64,000 bases of DNA from Candidatus Saccharimonadales bacterium (lineage in GTDB: Bacteria > Patescibacteriota > Saccharimonadia > Saccharimonadales > DATKHC01): assembly GCA_038317055.1 (NCBI GenBank), contig JBBQBA010000001.1, positions 280,153 through 344,152 on the forward strand, in the 5' to 3' direction. Position 1 is the stretch's first letter, and the number at the start of each line of letters is the position of its first letter. The notes beneath the pieces were generated by a model. The model was given only the letters and a program-made list of their open reading frames with translations, did no database searches and was not told the DNA's origin. The translations under genes and the position numbers were made by a program. This document shows positions 29,496-38,845 of the stretch, piece after piece.

Positions 29496-30421
29496 TATTT
29501 AGTATCTCTAGGAAATCCATACTTTGCTAATTCAGCTACCATTTGTTCTATGGTTGGAGCTATTTTATAACCAGCTGCTTCCCATATTTTCTTATTTAGT
29601 TCTTCGTTTTCTGTTGCAAGTGTTCGGTCTACTACTACAGCTGCTTCACCATCTTTAATAGTTAAGTCTGCTCTACCAAATTCTTTTGCAAAACTCCTAA
29701 GTAGATTTGCTTTTGAAATTGTATTCCCAGGTATTAAATGTTGACTATGTGGAATTGCAATTTTGTTTTTAATTATCCCTTGGGCAATTTTAGCAAAATG
29801 TAGTGTTGTTACTCCGTTCCATTGATGGTTTGTATATCCCGGGACTTCAGCACCTTTGGGGTTAGATAAGAACCAATCTAATAAAGACACGTGAGCTTTA
29901 AGCTCTGGCCCAATTATTGATGCTCGAATATGAACAATATTATCCAAGTGTGCTTCACCTAAACTTTTAGTTTTACCATAAACATCAATTGCGTCATGCT
30001 GGTCTGACTCAACATATTTACCTTGTCGACCCGAATATACACAATCAGTAGCAATTTGAATTACTTTTGCACTTGATTTTGCTGCTGATGCTGCAAGTTT
30101 ATATGGGAAAAGTGAATTTACATTAATTGCTCTTTGAGTTTCTGTTGGGTTGTCGTCATGAATATAGGGTTTTATTACACCGGCAGCATTCACTACCCAT
30201 TCAGCTTCGTCTAGTGCAACATCAATATCTTCACTAGATGCAGCTTCAGCATCTAGCTCTCTGAATTCAGTTTCAGGATAGGACTTTCTTAGAGCTTCAA
30301 CTGCACCAACATCTCTATATGTTCCAACAACATCAAAATCTCCACTTTGCACGAAAGAATCTAGGGTAATTGCACCTAACATTCCTGTACAACCAATAAT
30401 TACTACTTTAGGTTTTTCCAT
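29495..30421 (-). CDS. SDR-family NDP-4-keto-6-deoxyhexose reductase (RmlD-like)
   Basis: KVVIIGCTGMLGA (Rossmann fold) and ATDCVYSG...YVESD....DVYGKTKSLGE (RmlD_sub_bind-type S..YxxxK). Size is 308 aa. Confidence 0.6.
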   Translation of the reverse strand: MEKPKVVIIGCTGMLGAITLDSFVQSGDFDVVGTYRDVGAVEALRKSYPETEFRELDAEAASSEDIDVALDEAEWVVNAAGVIKPYIHDDNPTETQRAINVNSLFPYKLAASAAKSSAKVIQIATDCVYSGRQGKYVESDQHDAIDVYGKTKSLGEAHLDNIVHIRASIIGPELKAHVSLLDWFLSNPKGAEVPGYTNHQWNGVTTLHFAKIAQGIIKNKIAIPHSQHLIPGNTISKANLLRSFAKEFGRADLTIKDGEAAVVVDRTLATENEELNKKIWEAAGYKIAPTIEQMVAELAKYGFPRDTK

Positions 30422-30454
30422 AAAAATTATCTCCTCTGATGATTTTCGTTACTA

Positions 30455-30910
30455 TTATCTTTCTTCAACCGACCATATATCCCAATGCCTAGAGTCATAT
30501 CTAAAATCATCGCCCTGTGACTCTTCAAGAGTTGTAGTTGAAAAGAATATTAGTTGAGCATCAGGAGTAAGTGACATGAAACCATTTGCATACCCTGCTG
30601 GAATATACAGAACTTTTGGATTCTTTTCTGAAAATACGTATTGGTTTACCTCAGCTTCTTTAGAGGGTGCATCCCAGTTATCGATTGCTACGGCTCCTAT
30701 TTTTGCTGCTCCTTTAACTACAAAGACATACTTTGCTTCTTTCTGATGAGCATGCCAAGCTCTGACAAAACCTTCACTATGATTAGAAACCATATAAAAC
30801 CTTTTGACTCCCTCGAATGCAAACCCATTTACAAATGAAACTTGGCCTCTATCATCAACTGATAATCCGCCATCTAATACTGTTGGCTCCTCAAAACTTT
30901 GCTTTACCAT
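30455..30910 (-). CDS. cupin-fold NDP-sugar epimerase/isomerase (RmlC/WxcM/CapF-C-terminal-like)
   Basis: 151 aa. DDRGQVSFVN, VRAWHAHQKEAKYVFVVKGAAKIGAVAID and LYIPAGYANGF form a cupin His/Lys pattern like the 3,5-epimerase/ketoisomerase families. Confidence 0.6.
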   Translation of the reverse strand: MVKQSFEEPTVLDGGLSVDDRGQVSFVNGFAFEGVKRFYMVSNHSEGFVRAWHAHQKEAKYVFVVKGAAKIGAVAIDNWDAPSKEAEVNQYVFSEKNPKVLYIPAGYANGFMSLTPDAQLIFFSTTTLEESQGDDFRYDSRHWDIWSVEER

Positions 30911-30911
30911 G

Positions 30912-31865
30912 TTATACCTCTTCCTTTAACTTATGTGTCTGAAAAATTTCTAGATAACCTTGATTATTATATCTAGGATTATTGACGTCTCGAATACGCC
31001 CAGCTTCCATTAGTGCTTTGACCTCTTTAATACCATCTATGGATCCTAAAAGAGGTTTAAAATTGAATGCTTTCTTAGCTTTATTACTATTAGCTTTGTA
31101 GTTTCGTGAATCTTGAAACTTCATATCTACTGTTTCCATTTCAGTACCTGGAACGAATTTTGCAACATCATGAGCAAGTTCTAGAATCTTTACGTTTTGT
31201 TTATGAAGGTTGAACACTCCGGTATGAATAGTATCAAGATTATCGGCAACTGCTTGAGCAGCATCTCTTACATGTAGAAGAGGTCTATATTGGTCTCCAC
31301 CAAAAACTTTTAATTTTCCTTCAATAATTGCTCTTGTTGTTAACGTATTTACGACTAGGTCTAAACGAATTCTTGAGTAGGTATCACCTAATCCAAATAA
31401 TGTACCTAACCTAAATATAATTGCATTTTTATCTTTGAGATAATTTTCAGCTGCTAACTTTGTTGTGGCATAAACAGAAAGTGGACCAGTTGGTGCATCT
31501 TCATCAAGCTCACCATCTTGAGCACCATACACTGAACAAGTTGACATAAAAACTATACGTCCATCAAAATTTTTAGATAACCATTTCACCATGCTCTGAT
31601 TAAGTTCCATAGTAATTTCAGGGTTTATAGCGCATGCACCATCACCAACTAAGGCGGCTAACCAAACTACAGCATCAGCCCACTCAAGATGTTTCTTCAA
31701 TTCTATTTTATCTCGAATGTCTCCCAGGACAAAAGGCACTTTTTTTAAATATGCTTCTTCATACATTAGTGCATCAAAAACTCGTACTTCGTGATTTGAA
31801 TTCATTAATATATCGGTTAAAGCCCCGCCTAAATATCCCGCACCACCTGTAATAAGTACCTTCAA
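30912..31865 (-). CDS. extended-SDR NAD-dependent NDP-sugar epimerase/dehydratase
   Basis: MKVLITGGAGYLGGAL and STCSVYG...SVYATTKLAAE (S...YxxxK). Size is 317 aa. It is the first gene of the minus-strand sugar operon. Confidence 0.7.
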   Translation of the reverse strand: MKVLITGGAGYLGGALTDILMNSNHEVRVFDALMYEEAYLKKVPFVLGDIRDKIELKKHLEWADAVVWLAALVGDGACAINPEITMELNQSMVKWLSKNFDGRIVFMSTCSVYGAQDGELDEDAPTGPLSVYATTKLAAENYLKDKNAIIFRLGTLFGLGDTYSRIRLDLVVNTLTTRAIIEGKLKVFGGDQYRPLLHVRDAAQAVADNLDTIHTGVFNLHKQNVKILELAHDVAKFVPGTEMETVDMKFQDSRNYKANSNKAKKAFNFKPLLGSIDGIKEVKALMEAGRIRDVNNPRYNNQGYLEIFQTHKLKEEV

Positions 31866-32065
31866 ACTATACCTCCTTGTTGTCTATCAATTATCCCATG
31901 AATAGGAACAATATATCAAGCAACAGCACTTTAAAAATAAATCAAGTTGTTGTTTTAATATATATTTAATTGGGGTTGATAGGTATAAGTTATAAAATAT
32001 CAATTAGATATTGTTAATATAGACAAGTTGAGTCAATTTATTTTTTGGAGAAAGGTATAACCTGA

Positions 32066-32836
32066 GTGAATAGTGTCGAAATAAATCAAAAGTATTACAA
32101 ATCCTACTGGAACGAAAACATGATTAAATATCTTGAAAAAAGTGCTGGGAGCAGATGGTTTGATTATTTATTGGAATTGACATTATCAGAAATACCAAAG
32201 AGCTCAATTAATAACGTGGCAGATGTTGGTTGCGGAGTCGGAAATAAAACCGCCTATATGGCACGTTATTTCAAAAAAGCCCAAGTGTATGGAAGTGATT
32301 TTTCTGAAGAAGGGATAGCAGCAGCAACTAAATACCATAAGGTTAAAAACATTCATTTTGTAACTGAAGACATCACAAAAGCTAAGACTAAAAAGAAATA
32401 TGATTTGATAACTGCTTTTGATGTATTAGAGCATATTGTGGATTGGAAAGTCTTAACAAAAAAACTTATTGAAGTTAATAACAAATATATGTTGATATCA
32501 TCACCTGTCGGTAGAATGAGAGACTACGAAGTACATATTGGACATGTAAGAAATTTCAAGAAATATGAAATTGAAACTTTTATGGAATCTCAGGGTTATA
32601 GCACCGTTAAGACATTCTATGCAGGTTTCCCTTTCCAGTCACCAATACTTAGAGAACTAACGAATAAGCTATATAAAAACGTGTCAGGTATGCCAGAGAC
32701 CGAGATGAGCAAAATGTCTGAGATAATGCACAATATTTGGTATTTCCTTTTTCGTTATTGTTCATTTAAAAATAAGGGTGATATTTTTGTCGGACTATTC
32801 GAAAAGGATATAGTGGTAGTTAAGAAATCTAAATGA
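32066..32836 (+). CDS. class I SAM-dependent methyltransferase
   Basis: VADVGCGVGNKT (motif I) and LITAFDVLEHI (motif II/III region). Size is 256 aa. The start is GTG and uncertain. Confidence 0.65.
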   Translation: MNSVEINQKYYKSYWNENMIKYLEKSAGSRWFDYLLELTLSEIPKSSINNVADVGCGVGNKTAYMARYFKKAQVYGSDFSEEGIAAATKYHKVKNIHFVTEDITKAKTKKKYDLITAFDVLEHIVDWKVLTKKLIEVNNKYMLISSPVGRMRDYEVHIGHVRNFKKYEIETFMESQGYSTVKTFYAGFPFQSPILRELTNKLYKNVSGMPETEMSKMSEIMHNIWYFLFRYCSFKNKGDIFVGLFEKDIVVVKKSK

Positions 32837-34059
32837 AGAATAAAAAAATATTAGTTGTTACTCAGCATTATTGGCCTGAGAATTTCAGAATAAATGACAT
32901 TACTGATTATCTAGTTGAGCATAATTGTGACATAGATGTACTATGCGGAATTCCAAACTATCCAAAAGGTAAATTCTTTGAAGGATATTCGTATTTAAAG
33001 AATAAGCATCAAAATCATAATGGGATTAATGTTAATCGAGTATTTGAATTACCACGTGGTAATAATTCAAATCTCTCAATATTCCTAAACTATATATCAT
33101 TCCCGTTGGCTAGCCTTTTTCATATACCGAAACTATTAACATTAAAGTATGACAAGATATTTCTTTTTCAAACTTCACCGGTCATGATGGCAATTGCAGG
33201 AATTATAGTTGGAAGAATAAAAAAAACCGAAACAACTATGTATGTATTAGACCTCTGGCCAGAGAACTTATTTTCGGTGCTTAATGTTAAAAGTACTATA
33301 TTAAGAAAGCTAGCAGCGAGAGTATCACTTTGGCATTACAATCACGTAAATAAATTAATTGTATTGTCAGAAAAAATGAAATCGCTTTTAATAGCTGCTA
33401 CAAATTTACCTGAAGAAAAAATAATTGTTATACCTCAAGTATGTGAAAAAATTTATGAAAAAGATATTCAAGATAAAACATTATCTTCACGATTCAAAGA
33501 AAATTTCAATATTGTTTTTACGGGGAACATCAGCCCAGCTCAATCGTTTGAGACAATCGTAGATGCAGCTAAAAAACTGAAAATTTCAGGTATAAAAGAC
33601 ATTAATTGGATCATCGTTGGTGACGGAATGTACCGAGGATGGTTAGAAGATAGAGTTAAAAAAGCGGGTTTAAGTGATTGTTTTTATTTCGAGGGTATGA
33701 AGCCAATTACAGATATACCGAAATATACAACCGTTGCAGATATGTTAATTGGATGTTTAGTAAAAAGTGATCTACTTGAAGCTACAATCCCCGCAAAAGT
33801 AATGTCTTATATTGCAGCTGGGCGTCCAATCGTCTTGGCTATGGATGGTGAAGTGCAAGACTTAATAAATAAAAAAATTAAATGCGGGTACGCTGGACCC
33901 ACAAATGATGTTGATAAGCTAGTGAACAATATTAAGAAAGTAAGGTCAATGTCGAAAATTGATAGAGCCAAAATGGGTAAACGCGCAAAGAATTATCATT
34001 TCAAACATTTTGAACGAAATATGAATCATAAAAAGCTTTATAATTTTGTCTTTGGCTAG
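32833..34059 (+). CDS. GT4 glycosyltransferase, WbuB/WcaI-like subtype
   Basis: The N-terminus KILVVTQHYWPENFRINDITDYL resembles WbuB-type (L-FucNAc-type) transferases. The C-terminal half is GT-B. Size is 408 aa. Confidence 0.65.
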   Translation: MKNKKILVVTQHYWPENFRINDITDYLVEHNCDIDVLCGIPNYPKGKFFEGYSYLKNKHQNHNGINVNRVFELPRGNNSNLSIFLNYISFPLASLFHIPKLLTLKYDKIFLFQTSPVMMAIAGIIVGRIKKTETTMYVLDLWPENLFSVLNVKSTILRKLAARVSLWHYNHVNKLIVLSEKMKSLLIAATNLPEEKIIVIPQVCEKIYEKDIQDKTLSSRFKENFNIVFTGNISPAQSFETIVDAAKKLKISGIKDINWIIVGDGMYRGWLEDRVKKAGLSDCFYFEGMKPITDIPKYTTVADMLIGCLVKSDLLEATIPAKVMSYIAAGRPIVLAMDGEVQDLINKKIKCGYAGPTNDVDKLVNNIKKVRSMSKIDRAKMGKRAKNYHFKHFERNMNHKKLYNFVFG

Positions 34060-34080
34060 ATATTAGATAAAATACAGACT

Positions 34081-34434
34081 GTGTCAAAAATAATTCTAGC
34101 GCTTTATGTAGTTACCACCTCCCTAGGATTAATTGCCCTTAAATTAGGTACAAAAACTGGGTTACCAATAAGTTACGTCGCAAATAAACTTCATTATAAT
34201 TTCAATGCATATGCTATCTCCGGGTTAGTTTTATATGGTTTAAGTTTTTTGTTATACATGTATCTAATTTCGAAAAATGATTTAGGATATATTATCCCAG
34301 TAGCTGCGTCATTTGTTTATATACTTGTTTTCGTCTCTTCCTATTTTGTTTTTCATGAAGTATTTACTCCTCTAAAGATAGTTGGCATATTCCTAATAAT
34401 GTCCGGTTTGATATTCATTAATTTACACAAGTAA
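34081..34434 (+). CDS. small 4-TM DMT/SMR-like membrane protein (ArnE/ArnF-like candidate lipid-sugar flippase)
   Basis: 117 aa with four evenly spaced hydrophobic helices. It has a GTG start and abuts the GT-C-like gene: its TAA stop (34432-34434) overlaps that gene's ATG (34434-36) by one base, TAATG. Confidence 0.5.
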   Translation: MSKIILALYVVTTSLGLIALKLGTKTGLPISYVANKLHYNFNAYAISGLVLYGLSFLLYMYLISKNDLGYIIPVAASFVYILVFVSSYFVFHEVFTPLKIVGIFLIMSGLIFINLHK

Positions 34435-36389
34435 TGCATAAACATATTAAAAGGTTTTATAAAAGTATTTGGCTTTTTCCGCTAGTTTTATTAGTTCCAC
34501 TTATTTTTTTATCAGTTAACAAAATTAGCGGGAGTTCGATTGGGACTTTACATAATATTCTGTATGGCAATCAAAATGACCCAAATTTGTTAGCTAATAA
34601 ACCACGAGATATACGTTCGGATGAATGGTTAGTAAATACTCAATTAACAGTTGCTCAATATAATAGTAGTTTTCCTAAGATAAACCATAATATTGGAAAC
34701 GGTGAAGATGTTTCAGTCCAAGATGTACCTTATAAAGATTGGAGCATCGTTTTTAAGCCACACAACTTAGTGTTCTTCACGCTGCCACTCGAAAATGCTT
34801 TTGCCCTGAAATGGTGGTTAATGGGCTATTTGCTTATCGTTAGTAGTTACTTTTTTATACTTACCCTGTTACCGGGAAGAAAAAAACTGGCAATACTATT
34901 ATCTCTTTCTTTGTTCTTTAGCGCATTTGTTCAATGGTGGTATGCGTATGGGACACTCGGTTCACTTTATTATTCACTGTTCATTGCGATAAATGTTATT
35001 TATCTTTGGAAACAAAAAACACTAAAAAAGAAGCTAATATTAGCAGCACCTCTGATTTATTTGATATCTTGCTTTAGTTTAGTTTTGTACCCTCCATTCC
35101 AAATAGCTTGTGGTCTTGTATTGGCAGTATTTTTAATCAGCTACGGTATTCAAGAAAATAAAAGCTGGAATCGAAGTACTTTAATTAGTAATATTTCAAT
35201 TGCATTAGGCGCAGGGTTAGTTGCTGGTTTAATTTTTGGGGCATTTTTATTTACACGATCTGAAGTTATACAGTCAATAAACCACACTGCTTATCCAGGA
35301 ACTAGAATATTAAAAAGCGGCGGCATACAACCAGACCATTTCCTCTCATCACAACTAGGGCATCAATTTATTTCTGATAACAAAACAGCCAGCTATTTAA
35401 TAGATAACAAGGCTAGATCGAACCAAAGTGAAGCATCTAATTTTCTACTGTTAGCACCATTTTTATTTATACCTTCTGCCTTTTTAATTTACATAGATAA
35501 GAAAAAAAAGAAACCCACTGACTGGCCATTACTTGGATTATTGATTCTGTTTCTTGTTTATTTATTAGAACTATTCGTTAGACAGTTTTCACAGTTATCT
35601 AGAGTATTACTATTAGATAAAGTTGGATCTGGTAGAGTTCTCATTGGTGTAGGCTTACTCAACTTTATGTTACTGGTTTTATTTATACGAAACTTGTCTT
35701 CTAGAAAATTTAATTTCCCAGTTGTTCCATCAATAATTTATTTTTTAATATTAGTAATTATTGAGCTTGCTGTAAATTTACATGCTCACTATAATTTTGG
35801 TACATTTATAGGCCTAAAATTAGCCATACTACTATCTATTCCTCTCCCGTTAATTACCTACATGATCATAAAAAAACAATTTATTTTAGCTGCATCAATA
35901 TACTTTATTTTCTCAATATACATTGGTATAAAGGTTAATCCACTATACAAAGGACTAGCTATAATTCAAAAGAACCCAATAAGTATCACTATAAAAAAAG
36001 TTTCTTCTGGTTCTAATCTTCGATGGGCAAATGAAGGTGGTTATGAAGAGAATTTAGCGATAATAAATAATAAGCCTTCTATTTCCAGTGTCTACGATTA
36101 CCCACAGTTTAATATGTGGCAATCAATACCTAATACTCCTAAACAAATATATAATCGATATGCACATGTTGGTGTTGAGGTTTACAACGATAATTCAACT
36201 CCGACTAAATTAAATCTACTTACTCCAGATAGTTTTACGCTTCAAACAAGTAGCTGTAGCAAGTACTTACGGAATGAAAAAGTTGGCTTCGTATTAACGG
36301 CAACTATCCTTACCGGAAATTGTATTAAGTTAAAAGATACATTATCATTTCCAATTACAACGCTATATATTTATCAGATACAAAATTAA
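34434..36389 (+). CDS. polytopic GT-C-like membrane protein (paralog of 23634..26039, no GtrA fusion)
   Basis: 651 aa and multi-TM. It shares motifs with the 801-aa paralog: SGSSIG...PRDIRSDEW...DVPYKDWSIVFKPHNLVFFTLP...AFALKWWL, then LYPPFQIACGL, SEASNFLLLAPF and INHTAYPGTR. Confidence 0.6.
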   Translation: MHKHIKRFYKSIWLFPLVLLVPLIFLSVNKISGSSIGTLHNILYGNQNDPNLLANKPRDIRSDEWLVNTQLTVAQYNSSFPKINHNIGNGEDVSVQDVPYKDWSIVFKPHNLVFFTLPLENAFALKWWLMGYLLIVSSYFFILTLLPGRKKLAILLSLSLFFSAFVQWWYAYGTLGSLYYSLFIAINVIYLWKQKTLKKKLILAAPLIYLISCFSLVLYPPFQIACGLVLAVFLISYGIQENKSWNRSTLISNISIALGAGLVAGLIFGAFLFTRSEVIQSINHTAYPGTRILKSGGIQPDHFLSSQLGHQFISDNKTASYLIDNKARSNQSEASNFLLLAPFLFIPSAFLIYIDKKKKKPTDWPLLGLLILFLVYLLELFVRQFSQLSRVLLLDKVGSGRVLIGVGLLNFMLLVLFIRNLSSRKFNFPVVPSIIYFLILVIIELAVNLHAHYNFGTFIGLKLAILLSIPLPLITYMIIKKQFILAASIYFIFSIYIGIKVNPLYKGLAIIQKNPISITIKKVSSGSNLRWANEGGYEENLAIINNKPSISSVYDYPQFNMWQSIPNTPKQIYNRYAHVGVEVYNDNSTPTKLNLLTPDSFTLQTSSCSKYLRNEKVGFVLTATILTGNCIKLKDTLSFPITTLYIYQIQN

Positions 36390-36463
36390 CAAAAACTTCT
36401 TACGTAAATATTGCCTAAATACACTTATGGTTATATAATCATATTACTATTAGTAAAAATATA

Positions 36464-37081
36464 ATGAGCAAGCAGAAAAAGACTAACAAAGCCCCTTTTA
36501 AGGCCACTCGATTTCGAAAAACTAAGATTTTATGTCTAGTTTTATTAGGAGTTTTTCTAATTATTTTTGTTCTAGAAATAACCAATACAACGCATTGGTT
36601 CCATAAACAAAAGGCTATTTCTGGGACCATTCCAAGTTCAGGCATACCTTCACATACAACCTCAAGTAGTGTAAATACCCAAGCTAAAACTAATTCAGTA
36701 CAACCTAAAGTAGATACAACTGCACCATCTTCTTCAAAAGTAACTACCCCGACAAGTAGTAGTGGAAACTTAGTATCACCATATGGTTCGTTTGTAAGTA
36801 ATCACGGTCCAACTTTAAGTAATAGCCCAAGTGCACCAAGTAGCGAACAATCTGTTTGTATAACTTCACCTGGTGCTAGCTGTACCATAACATTTACAAT
36901 GGATGGTGTGATTAAGACATTAGATGCTAAAACCGCAGATAGCCAAGGAGCTGCATATTGGAACTGGGACATTATAAGTGCAGGTTTTACAGAAGGATCG
37001 TGGACTATAAATGCTACAGCAACTTCAGACGGTCAATCAAAAACAGTTAAAGATCCACTTGTGCTACAGGTAGGACCATGA
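36464..37081 (+). CDS. membrane-anchored Ser/Thr-rich surface protein
   Basis: 205 aa. It has a basic N-terminus plus a TM helix (ILCLVLLGVFLIIFVL), an S/T/P-rich linker and a C-terminal ~80-aa Cys-containing beta-type domain. Confidence 0.55.
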   Translation: MSKQKKTNKAPFKATRFRKTKILCLVLLGVFLIIFVLEITNTTHWFHKQKAISGTIPSSGIPSHTTSSSVNTQAKTNSVQPKVDTTAPSSSKVTTPTSSSGNLVSPYGSFVSNHGPTLSNSPSAPSSEQSVCITSPGASCTITFTMDGVIKTLDAKTADSQGAAYWNWDIISAGFTEGSWTINATATSDGQSKTVKDPLVLQVGP

Positions 37082-38838
37082 AAAAGATTACGATATTCGT
37101 TTTAGTTTTAATGATTTCTGTATTCAGTTTAATGGGCATTTTTCATCCTAAAGTTAATGCAGCCTTCAACCAGAATCAGTTAATTGGAGACAATACATTT
37201 AGCGATTCAAACTCTATGAGTTCAGCAAGTATTGATGCGTTCTTAAATCAGTTCGGGAATAGTTGTATTAGTACAAATAGTGGTTTTGCGGCTATACTCC
37301 CCACCGGCTATTCACCGGCAGGTGGATTTACTTATGGAGGGTATTCGACTGCAGGTCAAGTAATCGCTGCTGCTGCACAAGTTTACGGTATAAATCCAAA
37401 AGTACTAATAGTCACATTACAAAAAGAACAAAGCCTAGTAACGGGAGGTGTTAATTTCTGTAACAATGGAGATAATAATAAATATGCTGCTGCGGTAGGC
37501 TATGGTTGTCCTGATAGCGGCACAACATATTCTTATAGCGGAGTAAGTCTTTATCGAAGAAACGGTGTAGTTGTCTCAACTGTTGGACCAACTTGTGTTA
37601 ACAGCGCTGCTAAAGCAGGATTTTCTCAACAAGTTATCCGTGCTGCATGGTTATTAAGATTTGGGCAACAACGTTCTTTAGGTAACACGGGTTGGGCTGT
37701 AATAACTGGAAGTTGGGACAATTCCGACGATCTCACTACCTGTTACGCTGGACCAATGACACAAGGTTCATTTAGTCGATGTCGAGGAAACGCTCCTACA
37801 TTCTTCGATGGTTACACAACTATCGATGGTACAGCAGTACATATGAATTCTGGTGCAACAGCTGCACTTTATTGGTATACACCTCATTTTAATGGCAATC
37901 AAAATTTTTATAATATTTATACTGGTTGGTTTGGTGATCCAAACTCAGGTTGTCCTAATGCATCAAATGTTACTGGAGCAACATCCGGTTCCAAGCTTAT
38001 GACATATAAAATTGGTGGTGCGCCAAGATTAACATTTACGCAATTAAACAATACTGGTTCAGGTTGTACAGAACTTCATTCAATGAACGCTGGATTCCAA
38101 AGCTGGTTACTACATAGCGCTACTGCTATGAATGCTACAGACCCAGCTACTGGTACAATCGTTGCCCTCCAATCGCCTATTGATAATCAAGAAGGGCTGG
38201 TGAATGTATTATATAGCGGGTCTAATGGCAATGTAGAAATCCATCGCATGAGTCCAAACCTACTAAATTTCCCCGGTTATTATGATGTACCTACAAACCT
38301 TGGAGGTGTAACTCCAACTACTGGTAAATTTGTTTCAGGAGATTATCTAGGGCGAGGTTATCAACAACTTGCTTATGTTCTATTCAGTAATGGTACGGGT
38401 CATGTAGAAGTTCATTTATTTGATCCATCACTTAGAACAGCAGTCGGTTACTACGATGTAGCAACTAATCTATCAAATGTAAGTTCTACCACCGGAACTT
38501 TTGTGTCAGGAGACTTCTTGGGCAGAGGTTATGATCAACTAGCATACGTTCTATACAGCAATGGAACAGGCCATGCTGAGGTACATTTATTTGATCCATC
38601 ACTTAGAACAGCAGTCGGTTACTACGATGTAGTTACTAATTTAACGAACGTAAGTGCTACAAATAGTTCATTTGTTTCAGGCAATTACCTTGGCAGAACT
38701 TATGACCAGCTAATATACGGTATTGATAGCAACGGTACAGGCCAAGTTGAAACTCATATGTTTAATCCTCAACTTACACTAGCTACTGGCTACCAAGATA
38801 TTGTTACAACTCTTGGCGGATTCAACCCTACATTATAA
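37078..38838 (+). CDS. secreted protein: conserved N-terminal domain (..GINPKVLIVTLQKEQSLV..) plus C-terminal FG-GAP-like 57-aa repeats
   Basis: Signal peptide MKKITIFVLVLMISVFSLMGIFHPKVNA. The C-terminus carries about 4 repeats of the form ..SNGTGH.EVHLFDPSLRTAVGYYDV.TNL.NVS.T...FVSGD[FY]LGRGY.QLAYVL. The N-terminal domain may be a cell-wall hydrolase, but that is a weak recollection of the motif only. Confidence 0.6.
   Translation: MKKITIFVLVLMISVFSLMGIFHPKVNAAFNQNQLIGDNTFSDSNSMSSASIDAFLNQFGNSCISTNSGFAAILPTGYSPAGGFTYGGYSTAGQVIAAAAQVYGINPKVLIVTLQKEQSLVTGGVNFCNNGDNNKYAAAVGYGCPDSGTTYSYSGVSLYRRNGVVVSTVGPTCVNSAAKAGFSQQVIRAAWLLRFGQQRSLGNTGWAVITGSWDNSDDLTTCYAGPMTQGSFSRCRGNAPTFFDGYTTIDGTAVHMNSGATAALYWYTPHFNGNQNFYNIYTGWFGDPNSGCPNASNVTGATSGSKLMTYKIGGAPRLTFTQLNNTGSGCTELHSMNAGFQSWLLHSATAMNATDPATGTIVALQSPIDNQEGLVNVLYSGSNGNVEIHRMSPNLLNFPGYYDVPTNLGGVTPTTGKFVSGDYLGRGYQQLAYVLFSNGTGHVEVHLFDPSLRTAVGYYDVATNLSNVSSTTGTFVSGDFLGRGYDQLAYVLYSNGTGHAEVHLFDPSLRTAVGYYDVVTNLTNVSATNSSFVSGNYLGRTYDQLIYGIDSNGTGQVETHMFNPQLTLATGYQDIVTTLGGFNPTL
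38197..38835 (+). repeat. in-frame tandem repeat, period 171 bp, ~3.7 copies
   Basis: A 48-bp perfect duplicate, catttatttgatccatcacttagaacagcagtcggttactacgatgta, occurs at 38413-38460 and 38584-38631. The flanking copies are more diverged. Confidence 0.8.
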
Positions 38839-38845
38839 TTTTGTT

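Noticed and set aside
36439-36645. 68-aa minus-strand ORF overlapping the start of 36464-37081
   Set aside because: It is antisense to a better-supported signal-anchored protein gene. It has a hydrophobic nonsense composition and no RBS.
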